From: Mobula hypostoma
Lineage: Eukaryota
DNA length: 64,000 bases
Assembly (NCBI RefSeq): GCF_963921235.1
Contig: NC_086097.1
Location: 109,742,001-109,806,000 of the forward strand
Direction of reading: 5' to 3'
This document shows, one piece after another, positions 21,632 through 36,600 of the stretch. The notes beneath the pieces were generated by a model. The model was not told the origin of the DNA. It did no database searches and saw only the letters and a list, made by a program, of their open reading frames with translations. Numbering within the stretch: position 1 is the stretch's first letter; each line of letters begins with the position of its first letter. Made by a program: the position numbers and the translations under genes.

Positions 21632-24600
21632 TGTTCCCAATCTCTCTGCCTCTATCACTAGCCCTGGCAGGGCATTCCACACATCCACTACACCTTGTGT
21701 CAAAAATCTACTCCTTACATCAGCCCTCCAAACACCTGAAATGTTCCCAATTTCTCTGCCTCTATCACTAACCCTGGCAGGGCATTCCACAAGTCCATTA
21801 CACCCTGCGTAAAAAATCTACCTCTGACATCAGTCCTCCAAACACCAGAAATATTCCCAATCACTCTGTCTCTGTCACTAACACTGGCAGGGCATTCCAC
21901 ACGTCCACTACACCCTGTGTNNNNNNNNNNNNNNNNNNNNNNNNNNNNNNNNNNNNNNNNNNNNNNNNNNNNNNNNNNNNNNNNNNNNNNNNNNNNNNNN
22001 NNNNNNNNNNNNNNNNNNNNNNNNNNNNNNNNNNNNNNNNNNNNNNNNNNNNNNNNNNNNNNNNNNNNNNNNNNNNNNNNNNNNNNNNNNNNNNNNNNNN
22101 NNNNNNNNNNNNNNNNNNNNAAAATCTACTTCTGACATCAGCTCTCCAAACACCTTAAATGTTCATATTCTCTCTGCCTGTATCACTAAAACTGGCAAGG
22201 CATTCCACACAGCCACTACACCCTGTGTCCAAAATGTACTTTTGACATCAGCCCTCCAAACACCTGAAATGTTCCCAATTTCTCTGCCACTATAACTAAC
22301 CCTGGCATTGCATTCAACACGCCCAGTACAACCTGCGTAGAAAATCTACTTCTGATATCTGCCCTCCAAACACCAGAAATATTCCCAATCACTCTGCCTC
22401 TGTCACTAACCCTGGCAGGGCATTCCACACGTCCACTACACCCTGTGTCAAAAATCTGCTTCTGACATCAGCCCTCCAAACACCTTAAATCTTCCCAATC
22501 TCTCTGCCTCTATCACTAACCCTGGCAGGGCGTTCCACACCCCCACTACACCCTGTGATCAAAATCTACTTCTGACATCAGCCCTCCAAACACCTTAAAT
22601 GTTCCCAATCTCTCTGCCTCTCTCCCTAACCCTGGCAGGGCATTCCACACACCCACTACACCCTGTGTCAAAAATCTACTTCTGACATCAGCCCTGCAAA
22701 AACATTAAATGTTCCCATTCTCTCTACCTCTATCACTAACCCTGGCAGAGCATTCCACACGTCCACTACACACTGCGTAAAAAATCTACTTCTGACATCA
22801 GTACTACAAACACGTCAAAAGTTCCCAATCTCTCTGCCTTTGTCACTAAATCTGGCAAGGCATTCCACACGTCCACTACACCCTGTGTCAAAAATCTGCT
22901 TCAGACATCAGACCTCCACACACCTTAAATCTTCCCAATCTCTCTGCCTCTATCACTAAACATGGCAGGGTGTTCAACACACCCACTGCACCCTGTGCCC
23001 AAAATCTACTTCTGACATCAGCTCTCCAAACAACTTAAATGTTCCCAATCTCTCTGCCCCTCTCACTAACCCTGACAGGCCATTCCACACAGCCACTACA
23101 CCCTGTGTCAAAAATCTACTTCTGACGTCAGTCCACCAAACAGGTTAAAAGTTCCCAATCTCTCTGCCTCTGTCACTAAACCTGGCAAGGCATTCCACAC
23201 ATCCACTACACCCTGGGTCAAAAATCTGCTTCAGACATCAGCTCTCCAAACACCTTAAATCTTCCCAATCGCTCTGCCTCTATCACTAACCCTGGCAGGG
23301 CGTTCCACACACCCACTACACCCTGTGTCCAAAATCTACTTCTGACATCAGCTCTCCAAACAATTTAAATGTTCCCAATCTCTCTGCCCCTCTCACTAAT
23401 CCTGACAGGCCATTCCACACAGCCTCTACACCCTGCATCAAAAATCTACTTCTGACATCAGTCCACCAAACAGGTTAAAAGTTCCCAATCTCTCTGCCCC
23501 CCTCACTAACCCTGACAGGCCATTCCACACAGCCACTACACCCTGTTTCAAAAATCTACTTCTGACATCAGCCCTCCAAACACCTAAAACCTTCCCAATC
23601 TCTCAACCTCTATCACTAGCCTTGGCTGAATATTCCACACACCCACTGCACACTGTGTCAACAATCTACTTCTGACATCAGCCCTCCAAACACCTTAAAT
23701 GTTCCAAATCTCTCTGTTTCTGTCACTAACCCTGGCAGGGCATTCCACACGTCCACTACACCCTGTGCCGAAAACTGCTTCAGACATCAGCCCTCCAACC
23801 ACCTTAAATGTTCCCAATCTCTCTGCCTCTATCACTAACTCTGGCAGGGCATTCCACACATCCACTACACCCTGTGTCAAAAATCTACTTCTGACATCAG
23901 CCCTCCAAACACCTTAAATGTTCCCAATCTCTCTGCCTCTATCACAAACCCTAGCAGGGCATTCCACACACCCACTACACCATGCGTAAATATCTGCTTC
24001 TGACATCAGTCCTCGAAACACCTTAAATGTTCCCAGTCTCTCTGCCTTTATAACTAAACCTGGCAGGGCGTTCCACACAACCACTACACCCTGTGTCGAC
24101 AATCTACTTCTGACATCAGCCCTCCAAACACCTTAAATGTTCCCAATCTCTCGGCCTCTATCACTAACCCTGGCAGGGCATTCCACACGCCCAGTACAAC
24201 CTGCGTTGAAAATCTACTTCTGACATCTGCCCTCCAAACACCAGAAATACTCCCAATCACTCTGCCTCTATCACTAAACTTGGCAGGGTATTCCACACAC
24301 CCACTACATCCTGCGTAGAAAATCTACTTCTGACATCTGCCCTCCAAACACCAGAAATATTCCCAATCACTCTGCCTCTGTCACTAACCCTGGCAGGGTA
24401 TTCCACAAGTCCACTACACCCTGTGTCAAAAATCTGCTTCCGACATCAGCCCTAAAAACACCTTAAATCTTCCCAATCTCTCTTCTTCTATCACTAACCC
24501 TGGCAGGACGTTCCAGACACCCACTACACCCTGTGTCCAAAATCTACTTCTGACATCAGCTCTCCAAACACCTTAAATGTTCATATTCTCTCTGCCTGTA

Positions 24601-27600
24601 TCACTAAAACTGGCAAGGCATTCCACACAGCCACTACACCCTGTGTCCAAAATGTACTTTTGACATCAGCCCTCCAAACACCTGAAATGTTCCCAATTTC
24701 TCTGCCTCTATAACTAACCCTGGCAGGGCATTCCGCACGTCCATTACACTCTGTGTCAAAAATCTACTTCTGACATTAGCCCTCCAAACACCAGAAATAT
24801 TCCCAATCACTCTGCCTCTGTCACTAAACCTGGCAGGGCATTCCACAAGTCCACTACACCCTTTGTCAAAAATCTGCTTCTGACATCAGCCCTCCAAACA
24901 CCTTAAATCTTCCCAATCTCTCAGCCTCTATCACTAACCCTGGCAGGGCGTTCCACACCCCCACTACACCCTGTGATCAAAATCTACTTCGGACAACAGC
25001 CCTCCAAACACCTTAAATGTTCACAATCTCTCTGCCTCTGTCACTAAACCTGGCAGGGCATTCCACACGTCCACTACATCCTGTGTCAAAAATCTGCTTC
25101 AGAAATCAGACCTCCACACACCTTAAATCCTCCCAATCGCTCTGCCTCTATCACCAAACATGGCATGGTGTTCAACACACCCACAACACCGTGTGTTCAA
25201 AATCTACTTCTGACATCAGCTCTCCAAAGAACTTAAATGTTCCCAATCTCTCTGCCCCCTCACTAATCCTGACAGGCCATTCCACACAGCCACTACACAC
25301 TGCGTCAAAACTCTACTTCTGACATCAGTCCACCAAACATGTTAAAAGTTCCCAATCTCTCTGCCCCCTTCACTAACCCTGACAAGCCATTCCACACATC
25401 CACTACACCCTGTGTCAAAAATCTACTTCTGACATCAGCCCTCCAAACACCTTAAATGTTCCCAATCACTCTGCCTCTGTCACTAAACCTGGCAGGGCAT
25501 TCCACAAGTCCACTACACCCTTTGTCAAAAATCTGCTTCTGACATCAGCCCTCCAAACACCTTAAATCTTCCCAATCTCTCAGCCTCTATCACTAACCCT
25601 GGCAGGGCGTTCCACACCCCCACTACACCCTGTGATCAAAATCTACTTCGGACAACAGCCCTCCAAACACCTTAAATGTTCACAATCTCTCTGCCTCTCT
25701 AACTAACCCTGGCAGGGCATTCCACACACCCACTACAACCTGTGTCAAAAATCTACTTCTGAAATCAGCCCTGCAAAAACATTAAATGTTCCCATTCTCT
25801 CTACCTCTATCACTAACCCTGGCAGAGCATTCCACACGTCCACTACACACTGCGTAAAAAATCTACTTCTGACATCAGTACTACAAACACGTTAAAAGTT
25901 CCCAATCTCACTGCCTTTGTCACTAAATCTGGCAAGGCATTCCACACGTGCACTACACCCTGTGTTAAAAATCTGCTTCAGAAATCAGACCTCCGCACAC
26001 CTTAAATCTTCCCAATCGCTCTGCCTCTATCACCAAACATGGCAGGGTGTTCAACACACCCACAACACCCTGTGTCCAAAATCTACCTCTTACATCAGAT
26101 CTCCAAACAACTTAAATGTTCCCCATGTCTCTGCCAATCTAAATAACCCTGTCAGGCCATTCCACACAGCCATGACATTCTGAGTCCAAAACCTTCTTGA
26201 CATCAACCCTGCAAACACCTTAAATGTTCCAAATCTCTCTAACTCTATCACTAAACCTGTAGGGCATTCCACACGTCCACTACACACTGCGTAAAAAATC
26301 TACTTCTGACATCAGTACTACAAACACGTCAAAAGTTCCCAATCTCTCTGCCTTTGTCACTAAATCTGGCAAGGCATTCCACACGTCCACTACACCCTGT
26401 GTCAAAAATCTGCTTCAGAAATCAGACCTCCACACACCTTAAATCTTCCCAATCGCTCTGCCTCTATCACCAAACATGGCAGGGTGTTCAACACACCCAC
26501 AACACCCTGTGCCCAAAATCTACTTCTGACATCAGCTCTCCAAACAACTTAAATGTTCCCAATCTCTCTGCCCCTCTCACTAACCCTGAGAGGCCATTCC
26601 ACACAGCCACTACACCCTGTGTCAAAAATCTACTTCTGACGTCAGTCCACCAAACAGGTTAAAAGTTCCCAATCTCTCTGCCTCTGTCACTAACCATGGC
26701 AAGGCATTCCACACATCCACTACACCCTGTGTCAAAAATCTACTTCTGACATCAGCTCTACAAACAACTTAAATGTTCCCAATCTCTCTGCCCCCCTCAC
26801 TAACCCTGACAGGTAATTCCACACAGCCACTACACCCTGTGTCAAAAATCTACTTCTGACATCAGCCCTCCAAACACCTTAAATGTTCCCAATTTCTCTG
26901 CCTCTATCAATAAACCTGGCATGGCATTGCACACACCCACTACACTCTGCGTAAAAAATCTACTTCTGACATCAGTCCTCCAAACAGGTTAAAAGTTCCC
27001 AATCTCTCTGCCCCTCTCACTAACCCTGACAGGCCATTCCACACAGCCACTACACGCTGTGTCAAAAATCTACTTCTGACATCAGTCCACCAAACAGGTT
27101 AAAAGTTCCCAATCTCTCTGCCTCTGTCACTAACCCTGGCAAGGCATTCCACACATCCACTACACCCTGGGTCAAAAATCTGCTTCAGACATCAGCCCTC
27201 CAAACACCTTAAATCTTCCCAATTGCTCTGTCTATATCTCTAACCCTGGCAGGGCATTCCACACGCCCAGTACATCCTGCGTAGAAAATCTACTTGTGAT
27301 ATCTGCCCTCCAAACACCAGAAAAATTCCCAATCACTCTGCCTCTCTCACTCACCCTGACAGGGTATTCCACAAGTCCACTACACCTTGTATCAAAAATC
27401 TGCTTCTGACATCAGCCCTACTAACACCTTAAATCTTCCCAATCTCTCTGCCTCTATCACTAACCCTGGCAGGGCGTTCCACACACCCACTACACCCTGT
27501 GTCCAAAATCTACTTCTGACATCAGCTCTCCAAACAATTTAAATGTTCCCAATCTCTCTGCCCCTCTCACTAACCCTGACAGGCCATTCCACACAGCCAC

Positions 27601-30600
27601 TACACCCTGCATCAAAAATCTACTTCTGACATCAGTCCACCAAACAGGTTAAAAGTTCCCAATCTCTCTGCCCCCCTCACTAACCCTGACAGGCCATTCC
27701 ACACAGCCACTACACCCTGTTTCAAAAATCTACTTCTGACATCAGCCCTCCAAACACCTAAAACCTTCCCAATCTCTCAACCTCTATCACTAGCCTTGGC
27801 TGAATATTCCACACACCCACTGCACACTGTGTCAACAATCTACTTCTGACATCAGCCCTCCAAACACCTTAAATGTTCCAAATCTCTCTGTTTCTGTCAC
27901 TAACCCTGGCAGGGCATTCCACACGTCCACTACACCCTGTGCCGAAAACTGCTTCAGACATCAGCCCTCCAAACACCTTAAATGTTCCCAATCTCTCTGC
28001 CTCTATCACTAACTCTGGCAGGGCATTCCACACGTCCACTACACCCTGTGTCAAAAATCTACTTCTGACATCAGCCCTCCAAACACCTTAAATGTTCCCA
28101 ATCTCTCTGCCTCTATCACAAACCCTAGCAGGGCATTCCACACACCCACTACACCATGCGTAAATATCTGCTTCTGACATCAGTCCTCGAAACACCTTAA
28201 ATGTTCCCAGTCTCTCTGCCTTTATAACTATCCTGGCAGGGCATTCCACACAACCACTACACCCTGTGTCGACAATCTACTTCTGACATCAGCCCTCCAA
28301 ACACCTTAAATGTTCCCAATCTCTCTGCCTCTATCACTAACCCTGGCAGGGCATTCCACACGCCCAGTACAACCTGCGTTGAAAATCTACTTCTGACATC
28401 TGCCCTCCAAACACCAGAAATATTCCCAATCACTCTGCCTCTGTCACTAACCCTGGCAGGGTATTCCACACCCCCACTACACCCTGTGATCAAAATCTAC
28501 TTCGGACAACAGCCCGCCAAACACCTTAAATGTTCACAATCTCTCTGCCTCTCTAACTAACCCTGGCAGGGCATTCCACACACCCACTACAACCTGTGTC
28601 AAAAATCTACTTCTGAAATCAGCCCTGCAAAAACATTAAATGTTCCCATTCTCTCTACCTCTATCACTAACCCTGGCAGAGCATTCCACACGGCCACTAC
28701 ACACTGCGTAAAAAATCTACTTCTGACATCAGTATTACAAACACTTTAAAAGTTCCCAATCTCACTGCCTTTGTCACTAAATCTGGCAAGGCATTCCACA
28801 CGTGCACTACACCCTTTGTCAAAAATCTGCTTCTGACATCAGCCCTCCAAACACCTTAAATCTTCCCAATCTCTCAGCCTCTATCACTAACCCTGGCAGG
28901 GCGTTCCACACCCCCACTACACCCTGTGATCAAAATCAGACATCAGTCCTCGAAACACCTTAAATGTTCCCAGTCTCTCTGCCTCTATAACTAATCCTGG
29001 CAGGGCATTCCGCACGTCCACTACACCCTTTGTCAAAAATCTGCTTCTGACATCAGCCCTCCAAACACCTTAAATCTTCCCAATCTCTCAGCCTCTATCA
29101 CTAACCCTGGCAGGGCGTTCCACACCCCCACTACACCCTGTGATCAAAATCAGACATCAGTCCTCGAAACACCTTAAATGTTCCCAATCTCTCTGCCCCT
29201 CTCACTAATCCTGACAGGCCATTCCACACAGCCACTACACCCAGCGTCAAAAATCTACTTCTGACATCAGCCCTCCAAACACCTTATATGTTCCCAATCT
29301 CTCTGTTTCTGTCACTAACCCTGGCTGGGTATTCCACACATCCACTACACCCTGTGCCAAAAATTGCTTCAGACATCAGCCCTCCAAAAACCTTAAATCT
29401 TCCCAATCTCTCTGCCTCTATCAATAACCCTGGCAGGGCGATCCACACACCCACTACACCCTGTGTCCAAAATCTACTTCTGACTTCAGCCCTCCAAACA
29501 CCTTAAATGTTCCCAGTCTCTCTGCCTCTATCACTAACCCTGGCAGGGCGTTCCACACAACCACTACACCCTGTGTCGACAATCTACTTCTGACATCAGC
29601 CCTCCAAACACCTTAAATGTTCCCAATCTCTCGGCCTCTATCACTAACCCTGGCAGGGCATTCCACACGCCCAGTACAACCTGCGTTGAAAATCTACTTC
29701 TGACATCTGCCCTCCAAACACCAGAAATATTCCCAATCACTCTGCCTCTATGACTAAACTTGGCAGGGTATTCCACACACCCACTACATCCTGCGTAGAA
29801 AATCTACTTCTGACATCTGCCCTCCAAACACCAGAAATGTTCCCAATCCCTCTGCCTCTATCACTAACCCTGGCAGGGATTTCCACAAGTCCACTACACC
29901 CTGTGTCAAAAATCTGCTTCCGACATCAGCCCTAAAAACACCTTAAATCTTCCCAATCTCTCTTCTTCTATCACTAACCCTGGCAGGACGTTCCAGACAC
30001 CCACTACACCCTGTGTCCAAAATCTACTTCTGACATCAGCTCTCCAAACACCTTAAATGTTCATATTCTCTCTGCCTGTATCACTAAAACTGGCAAGGCA
30101 TTCCACACAGCCACTACACCCTGTGTCCAAAATGTACTTTTGACATCAGCCCTCCAAACACCAGAAATATTCCCAATCACTCTGCTTCTGTCACTAACCC
30201 TGGCAGGGCATTCCAATCACCCACTACACCCTGTGTCCAAAATCTACTTCCGACAACAGCCCGACAAACACCTTAAATGTTCACAATCTCTCTGCCTCTC
30301 TCACTAACCCTGGCAGGGCATTCCACACACCCACTACACCCTGTGTCAAAAATCTACTTCTGACATCAGCCCTGCAAAAACATTAAATGTCCCAATCTCT
30401 CTGCCTATATCACTAACCCTGGCAGGGCATTCCACATGTCCACTACACCCTGCGTAAAAAATCTACTTCTGACATTAGCCCTCCAAAAACCAGAAATATT
30501 CCCAATCACTCTGCTTCTGTCACTAAACCTGGCAGGGCATTCCACAAGTCCACTACACCCTTTGTCAAAAATCTGCTTCTGACATCAGCCCTCCAAACAC

Positions 30601-33600
30601 CTTAAATCTTCCCAATCTCTCAGCCTCTATCACTAACCCTGGCAGGGCGTTCCACACCCCCACTACACCCTGTGATCAAAATCTACTTCGGACAACAGCC
30701 CTCCAAACACCTTAAATGTTCACAATCTCTCTGCCTCTCTAACTAACCCTGGCAGGGCATTCCACACACCCACTACAACCTGTGTCAAAAATCTACTTCT
30801 GAAATCAGCCCTGCAAAAACATTAAATGTTCCCATTCTCTCTACCTCTATCACTAACCCTGGCAGAGCATTCCACACGTCCACTACACACTGCGTAAAAA
30901 ATCTACTTCTGACATCAGTACTACAAACACGTTAAAAGTTCCCAATCTCACTGCCTTTGTCACTAAATCTGGCAAGGCATTCCACACGTGCACTACACCC
31001 TGTGTCAAAAATCTGCTTCAGAAATCAGCCCTCCACACACCTTAAATCCTCCCAATCGCTCTGCCTCTATCACCAAACATGGCAGGCTGTTCAACACACC
31101 CACAACACCCTGTGTTCAAAATCTACTTCTGACATCAGCTCTCCAAACAACTTAAATGTTCCCAATCTCTCTGCCCCTCTCAATAATCCTGACAGGCCAT
31201 TCCACACGTCCACTACACCCTGCGTAAAAAATCTACTTCTGACATCAGTCCTCCAAACACTTTAAAAGTTCCCAATCTCTCTTCCTCTATCAGTAACCAT
31301 TGCAGGGCATTCCACACGTCCACTACATTCTGTGTCAAAAATCTACTTCTGACATCAGCCCTCCAAACACCTGAAATGTTCCCAATCTCTCTGCCTATAT
31401 CACTAACCCTGGCAGGGCATTCCACACACCCACTACACCCTGTGTCCAAAATCTACTTCTGACATCTGCCCTCCAAACACCTTAAATGTTCCCAATCTCT
31501 CTGCCTCTATCACTAACCCTGGCAGGGTATTCCACAAGTCCACTACACCCTGTGTCAAAAATCTGCTTCTGACATCAGCCCTACAAACACCTTAAATCTT
31601 CCCAATCTCTCTTCTTCTATCACTAACACTTGCAGGACGTTCCAGACACCCACTACACCCTGTGTCCAAAATCTGCTTCTGACATCAGCTCTCCAAACAC
31701 CTTAAATGTTCATATTCTCTCTGCCTGTATCACTAAAACTGGCAAGGCATTCCACACAGCCACTACACCCTGTGTCCAAAATGTACTTTTGACATCAGCC
31801 CTCCAAACACCTGAAATGTTCCCAATTTCTCTGCCTCTATAACTAACCCTGGCAGCGCATTCCGCACGTCCATTACACTCTGGGTCAAAAATCTACTTCT
31901 GACATCAGTCCTCCAAACAGGTTAAAAGTTCCCAATCTCTCTGCCTCTGTCACTAACGCTGGCAAGGCATTCCACACGTCCACTACACCCTGGGTCAAAA
32001 ATCTGCTTCAGACATCAGCCCTCCAAACACGTTCAATCTTCCCAATCGCTCTGCCTCTATCACTAAGCCTGGCAGTGCATTCCACACACCCAGTACATCC
32101 TGCGTAGAAAATCTACTTCTGACATCTGCACTCCAAACACCTGAAATGTTCCCAATTTCTCTGCCTCTATAACTATCCCTGGCAGGGCATTCCGCACGTC
32201 CATTACACTCTGTGTCAAAAATCTACTTCTGACATTAGCCCTCCAAACACCAGAAATATTCCCAATCACTCTGCCTCTGTCACTAAACCTGGCAGGGCAT
32301 TCCACAAGTCCACTACACCCTTTGTCAAAAGTCTGCTCCTGACATCAGCCCTCCAAACACCTTAAATCTTCCCAATCTCTCAGCCTCTATCACTAACCCT
32401 GGCAGGGCGTTCCACACCCCCACTACACCCTGTGATCAAAATCTACTTCGGACAACAGCCCTCCAAACACCTTAAATGTTCACAATCTCTCTGCCTCTCT
32501 AACTAACCCTGGCAGGGCATTCCACACACCCACTACAACCTGTGTCAAAAATCTACTTCTGAAATCAGCCCTGCAAAAACATTAAATGTTCCCATTCTCT
32601 CTACCTCTATCACTAACCCTGGCAGAGCATTCCACACGTCCACTACACACTGCGTAAAAAATCTACTTCTGACATCAGTACTACAAACACGTTAAAAGTT
32701 CCCAATCTCACTGCCTTTGTCACTAAATCTGGCAAGGCATTCCACACGTGCACTACACCCTGTGTCAAAAATCTGCTTCAGAAATCAGCCCTCCACACAC
32801 CTTAAATCCTCCCAATCGCTCTGCCTCTATCACCAAACATGGCAGGGTGTTCAACACACCCACAACACCCTGTGTTCAAAATCTACTTCTGACATCAGCT
32901 CTCCAAACAATATAAATGTTCCCAATCTCTCTGCCCCTCTCAATAACCCTGACAGGCCATTCCACACAGCCACTACACCCTGTGTCAAAAATCTACTTCT
33001 GACATCAGCCCTCCAAACACCTTAAATGTTCCCAATCTCTCTGCCTCTATCACTAACCCTGGCAGGGCATTCCACACGTCCACTACACCCTGTGTCAAAA
33101 ATCTACTTCTGACATCAGCCCTCCAAACACCTTAAATGTTCCCAATCTCTCTGCCTCTATCACTAACCCTGGCAGGGCGATCCACACACCCACTACACCC
33201 TGTGTCCAAAATCTACTTCTGACATCTGCCCTCCAAACACCAGAAATATTCCCAATCACTCTGCCTCTGTCACTAACCCTGGCAGGGTATTCCACAAGTC
33301 CACTACACCCTGTGTCAAAAATCTGCTTCCGACATCAGCCCTAAAAACACCTTAAATCTTCCCAATCTCTCTTCTTCTATCACTAACCCTGGCAGGACGT
33401 TCCAGACACCCACTACACCCTGTGTCCAAAATCTACTTCTGACATCAGCTCTCCAAACACCTTAAATGTTCATATTCTCTCTGCCTGTATCACTAAAACT
33501 GGCAAGGCATTCCACACAGCCACTACACCCTGTGTCCAAAATGTACTTTTGACATCAGCCCTCCAAACACCTGAAATGTTCCCAATTTCTCTGCCTCTAT

Positions 33601-36600
33601 AACTAACCCTGGCAGCGCATTCCGCACGTCCATTACACTCTGGGTCAAAAATCTACTTCTGACATCAGTCCTCCAAACAGGTTAAAAGTTCCCAATCTCT
33701 CTGCCTCTGTCACTAACCCGGGCAAGGTATTCCACACGTCCACTACACCCTGTGTCAAAAATCTGCTTCAGACATCAGCCCTCCAAACACCTTAAATCTT
33801 CCCAATCTCTCTGCCTCTATCACTAACCCTGGCAGGGCGTTCCACACACCCACTACACCCTGTGTCGAAAATCTACTTCTGACATCAGCACTCCAAACAC
33901 CTGAAATGTTCCCAATTTCTCTGCCTCTATAACTATCCCTGGCAGGGCATTCCGCACGTCCATTACACTCTGTGTCAAAAATCTACTTCTGACATTAGCC
34001 CTCCAAACACCAGAAATATTCCCAATCACTCTGCCTCTGTCACTAAACCTGGCAGGGCATTCCACAAGTCCACTACACCCTTTGTCAAAAGTCTGCTCCT
34101 GACATCAGCCCTCCAAACACCTTAAATCTTCCCAATCTCTCTGCCTCTATTACTAACCCTGGCATGGAGTTCCATACCCCCACTACACCCTGTGATCAAA
34201 ATCTACTACGGACAACAGCCCTCCAAACACCTTAAATGTTCACAATCTCTCTGCCTCTCTCACTAACCCTGGCAGGGCATTCCACACACCCACTACAACC
34301 TGTGTCAAAAATCTACTTCTGAAATCAGCCCTGCAAAAACATTAAATGTTCCCATTCTCTCTACCTCTATCACTAACCCTGGCAGAGCATTCCACACGGC
34401 CACTACACACTGCGTAAAAAATCTACTTCTGACATCAGTATTACAAACACGTTAAAAGTTCCCAATCTCACTGCCTTTGTCACTAAATCTGGCAAGGCAT
34501 TCCACACGTGCACTACACCCTGTGTCAAAAATCTGCTTCAGAAATCAGCCCTCCACACACCTTAAATCCTCCCAATCGCTCTGCCTCTATCACCAAACAT
34601 GGCAGGGTGTTCAACACACCCACAACACCCTGTGTTCAAAATCTGCTTCAGACATCAGTCCTCGAAACACCTTAAATGTTCCCAGTCTCTCTGCCTCTAT
34701 AACTAATCCTGGCAGGGCATTCCGCACGTCCACTACACCCTTTGTCAAAAATCTGCTTCTGACATCAGCCCTCCAAACACCTTAAATCTTCCCAATCTCT
34801 CAGCCTCTATCACTAACCCTGGCAGGGCGTTCCACACCCCCACTACACCCTGTGATCAAAATCAGACATCAGTCCTCGAAACACCTTAAATGTTCCCAAT
34901 CTCTCTGCCCCTCTCACTAATCCTGACAGGCCATTCCACACAGCCACTGCACACTGCGTCAAAACTCTACTTCTGACATCAGTCCACCAAACACCTTAAA
35001 TGTTCCAAATCTCTCTGTTTCTGTCACTAACCCTGGCAGGATATTCCACACATCCACTACACCCTGTGCCGAAATCTGCTTCAGACATCAGCCCTCCAAA
35101 CACGTTAAATCTTCCCAATCGCTCTGCCTCTATCACTAAGCCTGGCAGTGCATTCCACACACCCAGTACATCCTGCGTAGAAAATCTACTTCTGACATCT
35201 GCACTCCAAACACCAGAAATATTCCAAATCACTCTGCCTAAGTCACTAACCCTGGCAGGGTATTCCTCACGTCCACTACACCCTGCGTAAAAAATCTACT
35301 TCTGACATCAGTCCTCTAAACAACTTAAAAGTTCCCAATCTCTCTTCCTCTATCAGTAAACATTGCAGGGCATTCCACACGTCCACTACACTCTATGTCA
35401 AAAATCTACTTCAGACATCAGCCCTCCAAACACCTGAAATGTTCCCAATCTCTCTGCCTATATCACTAACCCTGGCAGGGCGATCCACACACCCACTACA
35501 CCCTGTGTCCAAAATCTACTTCTGAAGTCATCCCTCCAAACACCTTAAATATTCCCAATCTCTATGCCCCTCTCAATATCCCTGTCAGGCCATTCCACAC
35601 AGCCACGACATTCTGAGTCCAAAACGTTCTTGACATCAGCCCTGTAAACACCTTAAATGTTCCCAATCTCTCTAACTCTATCACTAAACCTGGCAGGGCA
35701 TTCCACACGTCCAGTTCAACCTGCGTATAAAATCTACTTCTGACATCAGACCTCCAAACACCTTAAATCTTCCCAATCTCTCTGCCTCTATCACTAACCC
35801 TGGCAGGGCGCTCCACACGCCCACTACACCCTATGTCCAAAATCTACATCAGACATCAGCCCTCCAAACACCTTAAATATTCCCAATCTCTCTGCGTCTG
35901 TCACAAACCCTGGCAGGGCATTCCACACACCCACTACACCTTTTGTCAAAAATCTGCTTCTGACATCTGCCCTCCAAACACCTTAAATGTTCCCAATCTC
36001 TCTGCCTGTATCACAAACCCTGGCAGGGCGTTCCACATCCCCACTACACCCTGTGATCAAAATCTACTTCGGACAACAGCCCTACAAACACTTTAAATGT
36101 TCACAATCTCTCTGCCTCTCTCACTAACCCTGGCAGGGCATTCCACACACCCACTACAACCTGTGTCAAAAATCTACTTCTGAAATCAGCCCTGCAAAAA
36201 CATTAAATGTTCCCATTCTCTCTACCTCTATCACTAACCCTGGCAGAGCATTCCACACGGCCACTACACACTGCGTAAAAAATCTACTTCTGACATCAGT
36301 ATTACAAACACTTTAAAAGTTCCCAATCTCACTGCCTTTGTCACTAAATCTGGCAAGGCATTCCACACGTGCACTACACCCTTTGTTCAAAATCTGCTTC
36401 TGACATCAGCCCTCCAAACACCTTAAATCTTCCCAATCTCTCTGCCTCTATCACTAACCCTGGCAGGGCGTTCCACACCCCCACTACACCCTGTGATCAA
36501 AATCAGACATCAGTCCTCGAAACACCTTAAATGTTCCCAATCTCTCTGCCTCTATCACTAACCCTGGCAGGGCATTCCACACGTCCACTACACCCTTTGT

